From a virus (lineage: Duplodnaviria > Heunggongvirae > Uroviricota > Caudoviricetes), in the IMG/VR virus record IMGVR_UViG_2609459822_000013, positions 12,652 to 76,651 of that record: DNA of 64,000 nt; one strand, given 5' to 3'. Made by a program: the position numbers and the translations under genes. The notes below the pieces were generated by a model, which made no database searches, was not told where the DNA came from, and was given only the letters and a program-made list of their open reading frames with translations. The number at the start of each line of letters is the position of its first letter. The first letter of the stretch is position 1. Below are positions 1 to 9,568 of the stretch, in pieces.

Positions 1-4
1 CGAA

Positions 5-541
5 GTGGTAACTAAGGATTATCACGAAGTTTTAAAAGATATGGAAGCAGGAGTGTATGACAGTGACTTAAATCTGGCGCTACAGATTGTTGATATTATG
101 ATGGATGCATCAATCCGCGATTACGTGTCTTTAAGCATGGAAGAAAAAACATCGGTAGCGCGTTATGTGTTCTGCCTCACTTTCGTAAGACGCATGGAGG
201 AGGAATTCGGACGCGCACCAGTGCCGGAAGATGTTGATCCGCTCGCGTTCGGAAGTGCTGTTATTTTCCCGTTGAACAAGGATCGGCTTGGCAGTGTTTC
301 ACTGCATTCTATGCGCGCCCTGATGAAAAAGGTCTTTGAGGTTAAGATGTTGCAGAAATTTATTGAGGAAGGACACGAAGAAGTGAACGTTAAGGCGTTT
401 ATTCCGGTGCTTTACGGAAATTTTGTTGGCGATGATATGCGCGCTAATGAATTAGGCGTACAGGCGGCTATAGCTACGCTTAACGAAGCAATGAAAAGTG
501 CACAGCCTATTCATGAACAGGAAAAACGTGTACTGCATTAA
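5..541 (+). CDS. Hypothetical phage protein; reading frame is open to the window edge so the 5' end may be truncated
   Basis: 178-aa ORF in track, frame open upstream of position 5; no recognisable motif. Confidence 0.35.
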   Translation: MVTKDYHEVLKDMEAGVYDSDLNLALQIVDIMMDASIRDYVSLSMEEKTSVARYVFCLTFVRRMEEEFGRAPVPEDVDPLAFGSAVIFPLNKDRLGSVSLHSMRALMKKVFEVKMLQKFIEEGHEEVNVKAFIPVLYGNFVGDDMRANELGVQAAIATLNEAMKSAQPIHEQEKRVLH

Positions 542-583
542 CAGCGTGATTGCGATCACATAAATATACATTTTGTATTGTGA

Positions 584-859
584 TTGCATATCCGTTTTGT
601 AAGCCGAAATCAAAAGGTTTACGGTGCGGAGGAAAACAAGATGGCCCGCGAATTAATGCTTTATTGTGTTGAGGGTGGCGTAGGTAGTAATGCCTATGTC
701 GCCGGGAAAGGCTATCCAGCCGATGAAGTGCTTTCTAATATGCACTTCCGGGAAAATGAAAGCCGGGTGTCTGTGTGGAAACGGTGCATTGATGGTATTG
801 AGGTTGTAAGTATCGAACGGTATTTAGGCACGTTTGATTACGGTGTTATTGAGGCTTAA
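584..859 (+). CDS. Hypothetical phage protein
   Basis: 91-aa ORF, same strand as the early operon. Confidence 0.3.
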   Translation: MHIRFVSRNQKVYGAEENKMARELMLYCVEGGVGSNAYVAGKGYPADEVLSNMHFRENESRVSVWKRCIDGIEVVSIERYLGTFDYGVIEA

Positions 860-957
860 TTATGGACGACACATTGTTTTATATGTGCTGTTGCTGGGGT
901 TTTATTGCCTTATGTCTGTTTATCAGGTGGTTTATTGAATACCATATGAGGTGAGGC

Positions 958-1152
958 ATGGAACAGAAAACTGATTATAGAATACCTGATGGCCTAAAAT
1001 TAGTTGGCATTGGTTTCGGGTGTAGATTTGTATCTGACGCAAAAGGAGCGATTTATTTAATACGTCTTATTGATGGCGTTCAACATATAAGGAGATTAGG
1101 AATTTACATCAAAGCATTCAGAAGAGGTTATTTAAAAACTCATGAAATTTAA
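958..1152 (+). CDS. Hypothetical small phage protein
   Basis: 64-aa ORF in track. Confidence 0.25.
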   Translation: MEQKTDYRIPDGLKLVGIGFGCRFVSDAKGAIYLIRLIDGVQHIRRLGIYIKAFRRGYLKTHEI

Positions 1153-1345
1153 ACATTACATGGAATGGAAAATTCCAGAAGCAGCAACAAAGGCAGCGCC
1201 AGGAAATGTTTCTGGCGTTTATTTTTATATGGATGGCAAATGGTATTTCGGCAGCAGGCCGGATCGCTACTATCAAGAAATATGCAAGCCTCACGTATGG
1301 GATATTAAAGAGCGCGTGAAAGGCGGGGTAATTGAGGACGTTTAA
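1142..1345 (+). CDS. Hypothetical small phage protein
   Basis: 67-aa ORF in track, overlaps neighbour by a few codons. Confidence 0.3.
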   Translation: MKFKHYMEWKIPEAATKAAPGNVSGVYFYMDGKWYFGSRPDRYYQEICKPHVWDIKERVKGGVIEDV

Positions 1346-1378
1346 AATGATGCGTGCAATTATTGACTTCATTATTGG

Positions 1379-1573
1379 ATGGTTATTTTGTTCTTTTTCG
1401 TATTCTCATGTATAGCTACGGTTTTTATTGGAATTTTATGTGGTGTGTCGTTTGTTACATGGGAGCCACCAGAAATTCCATCACCTGATGATGCGCTTTA
1501 TATATTAAGGGTTATTATTGCTGTTAGTGTATTTGTTGGGTTCTTTTTCGCTGATTCTACTGATGATTTATAA
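1379..1573 (+). CDS. Small membrane protein (two hydrophobic segments)
   Basis: 64-aa ORF with ATG start; two long hydrophobic stretches. Confidence 0.3.
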   Translation: MVILFFFVFSCIATVFIGILCGVSFVTWEPPEIPSPDDALYILRVIIAVSVFVGFFFADSTDDL

Positions 1574-1574
1574 A

Positions 1575-1808
1575 ATGGCTTTATTTAACCTGTCAGAGCC
1601 GCAATTTAACGCCGTAAAGACTGCCGCCCGCGCCGCGCTTTCGGCCTGCAAAGCGGAAGTAGAAAAGAACGGCTACAGCGATAAAGCCACGCGGCTGATA
1701 TTAGATAAGCATTATCGCAAGGTCGCCCCGCTAATCAGTATTGAGCGTTTTGTGTGGTTGGTGGGGTATCTGAATAACCGCTGGGGAACAGATCAGGATT
1801 ATTTCTAA
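1575..1808 (+). CDS. Hypothetical phage protein
   Basis: Internal ATG of track ORF 1518-1808, placed immediately after the stop of the upstream ORF. Confidence 0.3.
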   Translation: MALFNLSEPQFNAVKTAARAALSACKAEVEKNGYSDKATRLILDKHYRKVAPLISIERFVWLVGYLNNRWGTDQDYF

Positions 1809-1817
1809 GGGGGCGTA

Positions 1818-2357
1818 ATGAAAAATGATTACGGCGGCAGCCATACGCCGAAAGAAATAAAGGACTTATGGCAAACGCCAAAACCCGTTTTTAGAGGAAT
1901 GGATCGAGAATTCGAGTTCGTCGCGGATGTGGCGGCAAACAAGGCAAACGCATTAATACCGCGATATATAACCGAAGAAATGGACACGCTCCATTATCCG
2001 TGGGGAGCGGTGGCGATGCCTGGTGAGTATGTCTGGATGAATCCGCCATATTCTAATCCGGGGCCATTCGTTGATAAAGCGGCGCTTGAACACAGCCGAA
2101 ATCATATCGGATGCGTAATGTTATTGCCCGCTGACATTTCTGTTAGCTGGTTTATGAACGGCGTGGAGACGGCAAACGAATGCCGATTAATCACGCGCGG
2201 GCGGCTGGCGTTTATCAATGCTGCAACAGGGAAACCAGTAAGCGGGAACAATAAGGGGAGCTTGTTCCTGATCTGGCATCCACGATGCAGACATGAATGT
2301 ATTTTCACGCAGATAACACGTAAAGAGCTATATGCAAGAGGTGCAGAAAATGAATAA
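1818..2357 (+). CDS. Phage DNA N6-adenine methyltransferase (Dam-type)
   Basis: 179 aa; NPPY catalytic motif (MNPPYSNPGPF) and overall resemblance to phage Dam methylases. Confidence 0.6.
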   Translation: MKNDYGGSHTPKEIKDLWQTPKPVFRGMDREFEFVADVAANKANALIPRYITEEMDTLHYPWGAVAMPGEYVWMNPPYSNPGPFVDKAALEHSRNHIGCVMLLPADISVSWFMNGVETANECRLITRGRLAFINAATGKPVSGNNKGSLFLIWHPRCRHECIFTQITRKELYARGAENE

Positions 2358-2670
2358 AGCGGCTGAATTGCTGAGACTTGCGGCTGAAACTATCGAGGCA
2401 AGAGGGGAGCAAAACGGATACGATCGAAAAGAAGAAAAATCAGCGCCAAAAATAGCGGCTATTTTCAACGCTAAGATGAATGCGAATTTAACCCCACTTG
2501 ATGTATGGGATCTAATGATTTGCCTCAAGGAAGCGCGTTTAGGGGCTATTCTCGCTAATGGAACTGATCCGCTCGACACTCTTATAGACCTTATTGCTTA
2601 TAACGCGCTTAAGGCCGAACAGATATTAGCGTATCGGGAGGAAGAGCTAAATGAAGATGGTGGCAATTGA
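2350..2670 (+). CDS. Hypothetical phage protein
   Basis: Internal ATG (MNKAAELL) of track ORF 2332-2670, preceded by GAGGTG. Confidence 0.3.
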   Translation: MNKAAELLRLAAETIEARGEQNGYDRKEEKSAPKIAAIFNAKMNANLTPLDVWDLMICLKEARLGAILANGTDPLDTLIDLIAYNALKAEQILAYREEELNEDGGN

Positions 2671-3154
2671 CAGGTTATTAGCCTGCGTTTATGTCGCCGT
2701 TTTCGTTATCATCAATCTTATTGTTAACCACTGTGGCACGTGGGTAATTCCGATCACCACGGTAGCCGCCGTGTGTGTCAATATGATGATTCGTGATTTT
2801 CTGTTATATGACGGCGGCCTTAAATGGTCGGCTACAACATGCGCCGCCGCTGGCGCAATCACGGTGCTGATAAATTACGACGCCGGAATGGTGGCGATCG
2901 CGTCATTCGTCGCGGTTGTTTCCGGTGCGCTTATTTCTGGCGGCGTTTACCGGGTTTTACCTGGTGATTTCGATTCTAAACGCTGGCCTGCAAATATAGC
3001 GTCCGCCATTGGCGATGCGTTAATTTTCCCAACGCTATCGTTTATGGCATTCATGCCGGAAATATCAGCTATGCAATTCATCTCAAAAATGGCGGCGGTA
3101 ACGGTGATCACTATCATCATGCGCCGCTACTTTACGTTCGAGGGTAGGAAATGA
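2651..3154 (+). CDS. Small multi-pass integral membrane protein, function unknown
   Basis: 167 aa with 4-5 hydrophobic helices; weak resemblance to YhhQ/DUF165-type transporters, not verified. Confidence 0.4.
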   Translation: MKMVAIDRLLACVYVAVFVIINLIVNHCGTWVIPITTVAAVCVNMMIRDFLLYDGGLKWSATTCAAAGAITVLINYDAGMVAIASFVAVVSGALISGGVYRVLPGDFDSKRWPANIASAIGDALIFPTLSFMAFMPEISAMQFISKMAAVTVITIIMRRYFTFEGRK

Positions 3155-3914
3155 GTGGGCTTAGAAATTGGGTGGTGTGGTCGCTGTACGACGGCAGCGG
3201 ATACGCCGTTAAAGATTGGGCCGACGCTGGTTATAAATGCTATTGCTTCAACTATGATGGCGCTAATCACGGCGATTATGAAGGCGTCAAAATCATTCAT
3301 CCGAACATTGAGTATATCAACGTATGGATTGACAGCCATTTCCTGGTAATGTTCTCCCCTGAATTGTCTGTTTATCCAGATCCTGACATTATCCTGGGCT
3401 TTCCTCCGTGCGACGATCTTGCGGTGTCCGGCGCTCGCTGGTTTGCTGATAAGCGGAAAAAGATCCTTACTTCCAGCAGAAGGCGGCATACAACGCAAAA
3501 CTGGTAGAAACGCTTGCTGATATGTACCACGTCCCGTGGATGGTGGAAAATCCGGTAGGTGCGCTGTCAACGTTATGGCGCAAACCTGATTTTATCTTCA
3601 ACCCGTGCGCTTACGGTGGCTACCTGCCTGAAGACGACAAACACCCTGCTTTCCCTGAATACATAGCTGCCCGCGACGCATACACGAAGAAAACTTGTAT
3701 CTGGTGCGGGAATGGATTTAAGCAGCCGCTATTCCGGTCTGTACCTATGCCGGATGAATGGGAAGACAGCAAACAGCACGCGAAGTTAGGAGGAAAGTCG
3801 AAACGCACTAAGATGATCCGCTCACTAACGCCGCGCGGCTTTGCCCGTGCTGTATTCTTGGCTAACGACCGGGCCATCACTCGTACTACGCTTAACCGCA
3901 TTTTACCGGACTAA
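3151..3914 (+). pseudogene. DNA methyltransferase-like gene split by a -1 frameshift in an A5 run (two ORFs, 3151-3507 and 3522-3914)
   Basis: Upstream ORF has PPC (GFPPCDDL) and downstream ORF has ENPVG, resembling C5-methyltransferase motifs IV and VI; frames rejoin at cggaaaaag near 3455-3462. Confidence 0.4.
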
Positions 3915-4264
3915 AGTTTACAAAATGGCATCATTGTGTGATGCGGATCACATAATGGCGCTTTTTGTCTTGTTTGGGGGTATCCATTTTGTATACTTCA
4001 AGCAAACAAAATGCTCTTTAAAAATCCGGCAGCGCTGAAATGCGTAGAAATCACCTGAAAAGGAGAGAGCATTATGTCTTTTGATGATTACCAATGGCAT
4101 GACGACTATGAACGAGAAAGCGTCATGCGTGCAATGTGCAATGTATGCAGCACGAAGAAAGGAGGCTGTAACGAGTGCAACGAATGCTTAGAACATTGGC
4201 TAAGGGCCGGACACGCCGAAAGGCTGAACGAAACAGAGAATCAAAAATAATCGGGGTGGTTTTT

Positions 4265-4870
4265 ATGCAAAACCCTAAAAAACCCATAAGACGCCGTTGC
4301 AAATGCTGCGGCGTTTTTTTTGAGCCTAAATATCACAATCAAACGTGGTGCAGCGATGAATGTCTGGAAGAACTGAAGTTTGACCAGCTATGCCGCGACC
4401 GTGAGAAGGCTATGAAGGCTATGGAGCGGAAGAAACGCCGTGATAGCCAGAGGGAAGAACGCAACCGGAAGCGTAAACAGTTAAATCCGCGTAGTTATTG
4501 GATCAAACAAGTTCAAAATGTATTTAACGCCTATATTCGCGAACGTGACGCGCGCTTGCCGTGTATATCTTGCGGGACTTACTACGGTGAGCAATGCGGG
4601 TGGGATGCAGGTCATTACAGGACGGTAGCCGCCGCCGGACACCTTCGCTTCAACGAGGATAATTGCCATAAGCAATGTAGGCACTGCAACCAGACACTAG
4701 ACGGCAACATCGGAGGGTATCGCCCGGCGCTGATTCGAAAAATTGGCCTCGCCAGGGTGGTAGCTCTGGAGAACAACAATGATACGCATAAATGGACGAT
4801 TGCAGAATGTAAGGAGCTAATAAACATCTATCAGGCTAAATTGGACGCCTTAAGGAGAAAGGCAGCATGA
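4265..4870 (+). CDS. ninG: NinG/Rap-family recombination protein
   Basis: Internal ATG (MQNPKKP) of track ORF; cysteine-rich, basic N-terminus, lambda NinG-like; sits immediately upstream of rusA. Confidence 0.7.
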   Translation: MQNPKKPIRRRCKCCGVFFEPKYHNQTWCSDECLEELKFDQLCRDREKAMKAMERKKRRDSQREERNRKRKQLNPRSYWIKQVQNVFNAYIRERDARLPCISCGTYYGEQCGWDAGHYRTVAAAGHLRFNEDNCHKQCRHCNQTLDGNIGGYRPALIRKIGLARVVALENNNDTHKWTIAECKELINIYQAKLDALRRKAA

Positions 4871-5274
4871 ATGAATATTCTTTTAGCCTGCCTTACCCGC
4901 CATCGAATAATCGCTATTACCGACATTCGCGCGGTTTTCACTATATCAGCAAGGTGGGGAAGGAATACAGGGAACAAGTAAGAGACATCATCGAGCTATT
5001 AAATTTAAATATTAACCTACCTTGCCGACTGGCAATTGCCATTTACGCCGCGCCGCCGGATAACCGGATCAGAGATCTGGATAATATCCCTAAATGCCTT
5101 TTTGACAGCCTTACTTATGCCGGATTCTGGAGGGATGACGGGCAAATTGACTCAATAAAAATTGTCCGCTGCCGGAAGGTAAAAGGCGGACGCTTGTTTA
5201 TTAAGATCCGCGAACGCGGCGACCTACTACCGGATATTGACGAATACGCGACTAATATGTGGGGTGAGCAATGA
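4867..5274 (+). CDS. rusA: Holliday junction resolvase RusA
   Basis: 135 aa; N-terminal LPYPPSNNRYYRH and internal RDLDN motifs are RusA hallmarks. Confidence 0.85.
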   Translation: MNEYSFSLPYPPSNNRYYRHSRGFHYISKVGKEYREQVRDIIELLNLNINLPCRLAIAIYAAPPDNRIRDLDNIPKCLFDSLTYAGFWRDDGQIDSIKIVRCRKVKGGRLFIKIRERGDLLPDIDEYATNMWGEQ

Positions 5275-5453
5275 AAAACGAAGTTAAAGATCTGCAAATA
5301 GATATTCAGCGCGACGAGCGTGATTTAGAGACGGTCCGACAAATCCAAGCTTTCCACATGCGCGAATTACTTGCGCTGAAAGAGTTCGAAAGAAAGCTGG
5401 TGCAATCCATTTCTGATCGTAAACGGCTGGCGGCACGTTATGAGGGCAAATAA
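5271..5453 (+). CDS. Hypothetical small coiled-coil protein
   Basis: 60-aa ORF overlapping rusA stop (ATGA). Confidence 0.3.
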   Translation: MKNEVKDLQIDIQRDERDLETVRQIQAFHMRELLALKEFERKLVQSISDRKRLAARYEGK

Positions 5454-6181
5454 TGAATTTAGAATCCATTCTAAAATTCCACTTTCCTAAATCACCGCGA
5501 TTATCTGACGAAAGCCGGGGCACGTCCCCGGACGCTCTTAATACGACGGATGCGCTAACCGCTGCGGGTATGGCGCAATCGCGCGTAGAGCTTGGATATA
5601 GCGCTTTTTTAGGGAAGATGGAACTATCACAAGCCGAAAAACACAGGGCCGTAGTTTTGCTTACAGAGCGTTTAAGGGCTATGGCGAAAGATTACGAATA
5701 CGTGATGGAGTTAAACGAGGATCAGCGCAATGAACTTATTATTCTTGTTGCCGTTTTCGCGTTTCGGGATTATTGCCAGAGTGCGGCGACCGAAAAAGTT
5801 TGCCCTAAGTGCGGCGGCCACGGGCATTTACCAAATCCATATTGCAAATACACATCGACAATTTGTTCGCGGTGCAACGGCAAAGGCTACGTTAAAAACC
5901 ATTGCCAACGTTGCAAGGGGCGCGGAGAAGTACCGGATAAAGCAGCCAGTGAAGCGGCGGAAATGCCAGTATTCAAAACGTGCCAGCATTGCGGCGGGCG
6001 CGGGTACTCGCGTTTCCCGGTAGATCTCGTCCGGCAGGCCGTTAACCAGCTTGTTTTCCCGGTAAGCAGATCAACATGGTGGAAGAAATACCGGGTTTTC
6101 TATGAAGACGCCATAGCGGAGCTATTCAAAGAAGAGGCCCGCGCGGAAAGCGAAATTAAACGAGTGACACGGGGTGAATAA
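5453..6181 (+). CDS. DnaJ-type zinc-finger protein (four CxxCxGxG repeats); possible late-gene regulator
   Basis: 242 aa; CPKCGGHG, CSRCNGKG, CQRCKGRG, CQHCGGRG repeats; sits where Q is found in lambdoid phages but lacks the WGxW motif. Confidence 0.4.
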   Translation: MNLESILKFHFPKSPRLSDESRGTSPDALNTTDALTAAGMAQSRVELGYSAFLGKMELSQAEKHRAVVLLTERLRAMAKDYEYVMELNEDQRNELIILVAVFAFRDYCQSAATEKVCPKCGGHGHLPNPYCKYTSTICSRCNGKGYVKNHCQRCKGRGEVPDKAASEAAEMPVFKTCQHCGGRGYSRFPVDLVRQAVNQLVFPVSRSTWWKKYRVFYEDAIAELFKEEARAESEIKRVTRGE

Positions 6182-6384
6182 TGGACAAGTTAGAAATAAA
6201 CGATCAGTTTGCCGTTATCTTGTTCGAAGATAAAACGGGCGGCGCGTGGTGTAAGAAAGTAACTGGTGCAGAAGCGCGATTGATATTGGGTATGGCAAGC
6301 GCATTAAACGAAGGCGAATTGCCAGCCGTACCTATTGAGCCTGTTCACATTTACGGGAGGAATAGAGAAGATGAAAATAATTAA
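6181..6384 (+). CDS. Hypothetical small phage protein
   Basis: 67-aa ORF in track. Confidence 0.25.
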   Translation: MDKLEINDQFAVILFEDKTGGAWCKKVTGAEARLILGMASALNEGELPAVPIEPVHIYGRNREDENN

Positions 6385-6718
6385 TATCGGGTGGTTATAT
6401 TGCGAAAACTGCGACGACGACGGCATGGTTGTTAAGACTGAAAAAGGTTGCGGCTTCTTTTTGTATCAAGGCGATAAGTTTGTTTGTCCGCGATGCGGTG
6501 GTCATGGTGAGATAGAAATTATTGAAGATAGTGCTACAGCACCAGAGCCGGAGCGCATTGTTCTTGACGAAAAAATAAAAATTCATCCTGATTTATTGCA
6601 GCAAATTATCGATCACATATCGGCAGCAGCAATCTATGCAGATAATAATTATCATCGTGAAATGAACGTAAAACGTGTTCTTGAGCAGTATTTCGAGGGT
6701 GGTGATAATGAAGCCTAA
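6371..6718 (+). CDS. Zinc-ribbon protein (CxxC...CxxC)
   Basis: Internal ATG (MKIINIG) with GGGAGG upstream; CENC and CPRC pairs. Confidence 0.35.
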   Translation: MKIINIGWLYCENCDDDGMVVKTEKGCGFFLYQGDKFVCPRCGGHGEIEIIEDSATAPEPERIVLDEKIKIHPDLLQQIIDHISAAAIYADNNYHREMNVKRVLEQYFEGGDNEA

Positions 6719-6977
6719 ATTAAAAGAACATGAATTCAGGGATCTTGTAAACGGAATAACTGATAAGTCCAGGACTTATTCAAATACACAACAATTAAGG
6801 GCTGTGATAGTTACTGAATTAAGGAAATATATAGACCTAAGAGATCCGGTCGATGTTATGACGATGGACGAGGCCATCAAGCGCCGTTCGGCTGAATGGT
6901 CAGTGAGTAATACCGGATTAACCGGATATATTGAAGGCTATAACGACTGTTTACAGGATCATAGCGATGGCAAGTAA
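6708..6977 (+). CDS. Hypothetical phage protein
   Basis: Internal ATG (MKPKLKEH) preceded by GAGGGTGG. Confidence 0.3.
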   Translation: MKPKLKEHEFRDLVNGITDKSRTYSNTQQLRAVIVTELRKYIDLRDPVDVMTMDEAIKRRSAEWSVSNTGLTGYIEGYNDCLQDHSDGK

Positions 6978-7275
6978 AGACCTGCATTTGAATCTGAAAG
7001 GGGAATACTTCCACGCCATCCGGGCGGGAAAGAAGGTGGAAGAATACAGGCTTTACAATGACTATTGGCGTAAACGCCTGGAGGGGCGGGAATATGAACG
7101 CCTGATCATTAAGCTGGGGTATCCAGCCAGCCACGAAGCGCACCGGATCATAAACCTGCCTTATTTCGGGTACGAAGTAAAAACTATCACGCATCCATTA
7201 TTCGGCCCTGATCCTGTTAAGGTATTCGCAATTAAATGTGATGTGAATTGGATGTTAAGGTGGGGTGAGCAATGA
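6967..7275 (+). CDS. ASCH-domain (PUA-like) protein
   Basis: About 100 aa with AIRAGKKVEEYR, matching the ASCH N-terminal GxKxxExR signature. Confidence 0.45.
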   Translation: MASKDLHLNLKGEYFHAIRAGKKVEEYRLYNDYWRKRLEGREYERLIIKLGYPASHEAHRIINLPYFGYEVKTITHPLFGPDPVKVFAIKCDVNWMLRWGEQ

Positions 7276-7487
7276 AAAAAGCTGGCCTGTCAATCAGTCG
7301 TGTGTTGTGCGGCGACGAAAGCGAGATCCGCATAGAAATTAAATTTAGCACGGGTAAAGAGATAATTCTCTATACGACACCTGAAAACCTGACGCTGGCG
7401 CTTACTGGTAAATCTGAAACGCCGTGCGACGTCCGGTTGCGCAATATTGAGATTAAGGAAATAGGAAGGGTGAGAAATGAAAAGTAA
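7272..7487 (+). CDS. Hypothetical small phage protein
   Basis: 71-aa ORF, ATGA-coupled to upstream gene. Confidence 0.3.
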   Translation: MKKAGLSISRVLCGDESEIRIEIKFSTGKEIILYTTPENLTLALTGKSETPCDVRLRNIEIKEIGRVRNEK

Positions 7488-7689
7488 CCGTAAACGCCTG
7501 GTAAGGTCATATGACAAAGCGTTAAAGGTTTTTGATGATCTGCGACACAATAAACGCCAGCGCCGCAAATGGGCGCGAATGCTTGTTGGTGAATGGCATA
7601 ACGAAGATTTCTTTCTGGAAGCGCGGCACATGACGCAAGAAGACGCGGACCAATTAGCTTACGATAACGTTTATTATATGATGTGGTGA
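7477..7689 (+). CDS. Hypothetical small basic phage protein
   Basis: 70-aa ORF in track. Confidence 0.3.
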   Translation: MKSNRKRLVRSYDKALKVFDDLRHNKRQRRKWARMLVGEWHNEDFFLEARHMTQEDADQLAYDNVYYMMW

Positions 7690-7693
7690 CAAT

Positions 7694-8059
7694 ATGCAAA
7701 TAATCCTTGATTACCTTTGCCACGCTGCAAATACAATTTTTGGCATGTATCAGCAACAATTCCTCAAAGAATGGGACGACATGCTGAATGATATCCTCGA
7801 TAAAGGATTAATAATGGAGGTTGACGAGCTTACAATCAAATTTAATTATGAGGGTGAAATTTATCTAATTTGGGTCGGGAATAGATGGTATTCATACGGT
7901 CATATTTATTCAATTGGCGATAAATACATTAAACGAAGCCAGGAATTCAGACCGCGCTTCCGAACAATGCGCCGCCTGCATGATCTGCATATGAAGTTAT
8001 TCGAAGATCAGGAAGCACGGGAATTATTCAAAATTTACGGGGATAAATCATGGAGCTAA
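7694..8059 (+). CDS. Hypothetical phage protein
   Basis: 121-aa ORF in track. Confidence 0.3.
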   Translation: MQIILDYLCHAANTIFGMYQQQFLKEWDDMLNDILDKGLIMEVDELTIKFNYEGEIYLIWVGNRWYSYGHIYSIGDKYIKRSQEFRPRFRTMRRLHDLHMKLFEDQEARELFKIYGDKSWS

Positions 8060-8280
8060 AAATCTGGCAGGCTATCGACGTGGTTGATAACGAATTATCT
8101 ATGTTTGCCACTGACGGAAAGCGCGTGGTGATCGCCACATGGACGCGCAACCATGATGATATTACTTTTCGTCGCAAGGCTGCGGAGTGGCTTTTCTCTG
8201 ATAAAGGCTACACGATGAATATCTCCCAGCTTGCCAGAATGAAGGATGAAAAGCTGGTAGATAGTTACACGACTGCATAG
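8050..8280 (+). CDS. Hypothetical phage protein
   Basis: 76-aa ORF in track. Confidence 0.3.
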   Translation: MELKIWQAIDVVDNELSMFATDGKRVVIATWTRNHDDITFRRKAAEWLFSDKGYTMNISQLARMKDEKLVDSYTTA

Positions 8281-8290
8281 TGGGGCAAAT

Positions 8291-8524
8291 ATGTGTATCT
8301 ATGAACACAAGCGGGATAAAACCCGCTTTTTTGTTCGTGCTGGCGTTGCATACCAGTATCACGAATGCGGATACATTGAGGCGCTTGCTTACGATCTGGA
8401 TTTCGAGCAGGAAAAAGAATGGTTCGATTTCAAAATATACCGCAAGCGTAAACCAACGCGCTACGAGCGCCACGCTATCCGGGACTTTTTAATCAGCATT
8501 GAGCGCTGGAGGACAGAAGAATGA
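8291..8524 (+). CDS. Hypothetical phage protein
   Basis: 77-aa ORF in track. Confidence 0.3.
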   Translation: MCIYEHKRDKTRFFVRAGVAYQYHECGYIEALAYDLDFEQEKEWFDFKIYRKRKPTRYERHAIRDFLISIERWRTEE

Positions 8525-8799
8525 GAACAAAGAAAACAGCAGATCAGAAAGCGTTAGTTATCGCTACAACGGACGTATCGTTATTCACGAAGGGTGAAGA
8601 GATAGATCTTAAATTGCTTTTTGGAATGTTTGAGCCACACGAAAAGCCGTGGTTCGTACATGAAGATAAACAAGGCAATATGCGCGTAGTAGTGCCTGAC
8701 AGTAAAAGCGATATATTTTTTGGTATTCCAGATCCGTTACATGACGGTGAGATGTTGGCGGTGTTGTTGATCTCTGATGCTGTTACTTATAAGGGGTAA
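8521..8799 (+). CDS. Hypothetical phage protein
   Basis: 92-aa ORF, ATGA-coupled. Confidence 0.3.
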   Translation: MRTKKTADQKALVIATTDVSLFTKGEEIDLKLLFGMFEPHEKPWFVHEDKQGNMRVVVPDSKSDIFFGIPDPLHDGEMLAVLLISDAVTYKG

Positions 8800-8801
8800 A
8801 G

Positions 8802-9029
8802 ATGAAAGTCAAATTCTTGCACGATCACGGTTATCCGTCATTGAAACAGGTTGTTGGTAAGGTCGTTAATGTCGTTCATAGCGATGATGTCACTTGCATG
8901 ATTAACGGTGCTGATTTAATCGCCGCTGGCGCTGATGATCATTACATCAATCCGGCGTGGTCGTATACGTTCAGCCTGGGTGACTTCGTTGGCGACAAGG
9001 GGCGCGGGCTGCAAGTGGTCGAGGGTTAA
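8802..9029 (+). CDS. Hypothetical phage protein
   Basis: 75-aa ORF in track. Confidence 0.3.
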   Translation: MKVKFLHDHGYPSLKQVVGKVVNVVHSDDVTCMINGADLIAAGADDHYINPAWSYTFSLGDFVGDKGRGLQVVEG

Positions 9030-9033
9030 TATC

Positions 9034-9282
9034 ATGGACGTTTACGAAGATCTATACCTTCAGACGAATACCCACACTTTTTATTTTTTGAAAAACGGCG
9101 TTGTATATCGCAGCGACGACGGGATGGTAATGAAGGAGTGGTTATTTAAGCGTAAAGACCTACTCGACGATCTGGTTTTTGCCGGGATATTTCGTAAACG
9201 TCCGGCTAACCTGGAAGAAGAAATGTTGATTGAGGTAATTAAAAATGAAAATCAGGGTAAGTTATTTCCGGGCGAAAGATAA
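9034..9282 (+). CDS. Hypothetical phage protein
   Basis: Internal ATG (MDVYEDLY) with GAGGG upstream, directly after the upstream stop. Confidence 0.3.
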   Translation: MDVYEDLYLQTNTHTFYFLKNGVVYRSDDGMVMKEWLFKRKDLLDDLVFAGIFRKRPANLEEEMLIEVIKNENQGKLFPGER

Positions 9283-9496
9283 GGCAACAGGAAAGCAGAT
9301 GGCGATCCTGGTTAACGAGGCCAATTATATGTTTGTACTTCAGCCGTGGTGCATAGCTGACTATAACGATGATTATCGTCGTCACGGTGCGCGGAGTGCG
9401 GTAGGCATGAAAGGCTGGCAACCGCGCGACATGGAAAACTATTGTGAATGGAAATTAGTAGCAAAATACACTGTCGATTATAAAGGTGTTTTCTGA
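9245..9496 (+). CDS. Hypothetical phage protein
   Basis: 83-aa ORF in track. Confidence 0.3.
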   Translation: MKIRVSYFRAKDKATGKQMAILVNEANYMFVLQPWCIADYNDDYRRHGARSAVGMKGWQPRDMENYCEWKLVAKYTVDYKGVF

Positions 9497-9568
9497 TTAA
9501 TGTTACTTTCACGGAAGATATGCGAACCAGTGGGGCAAATGACCCCATCAAGCCAGAAGGGTTTAATC

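Noticed and set aside
2651-3154. Membrane protein as a queuosine-precursor (YhhQ-type) transporter linked to DNA modification
   Set aside because: Only a faint resemblance from memory, and no DpdA or Que-type biosynthesis genes nearby; kept as a generic membrane protein.
4073-4250. NinF-like small cysteine-rich ORF upstream of ninG
   Set aside because: Re-reading the sequence shows the frame from the well-placed ATG hits a stop after three codons; only a 41-aa ORF from an internal ATG with weak RBS remains, so not called.
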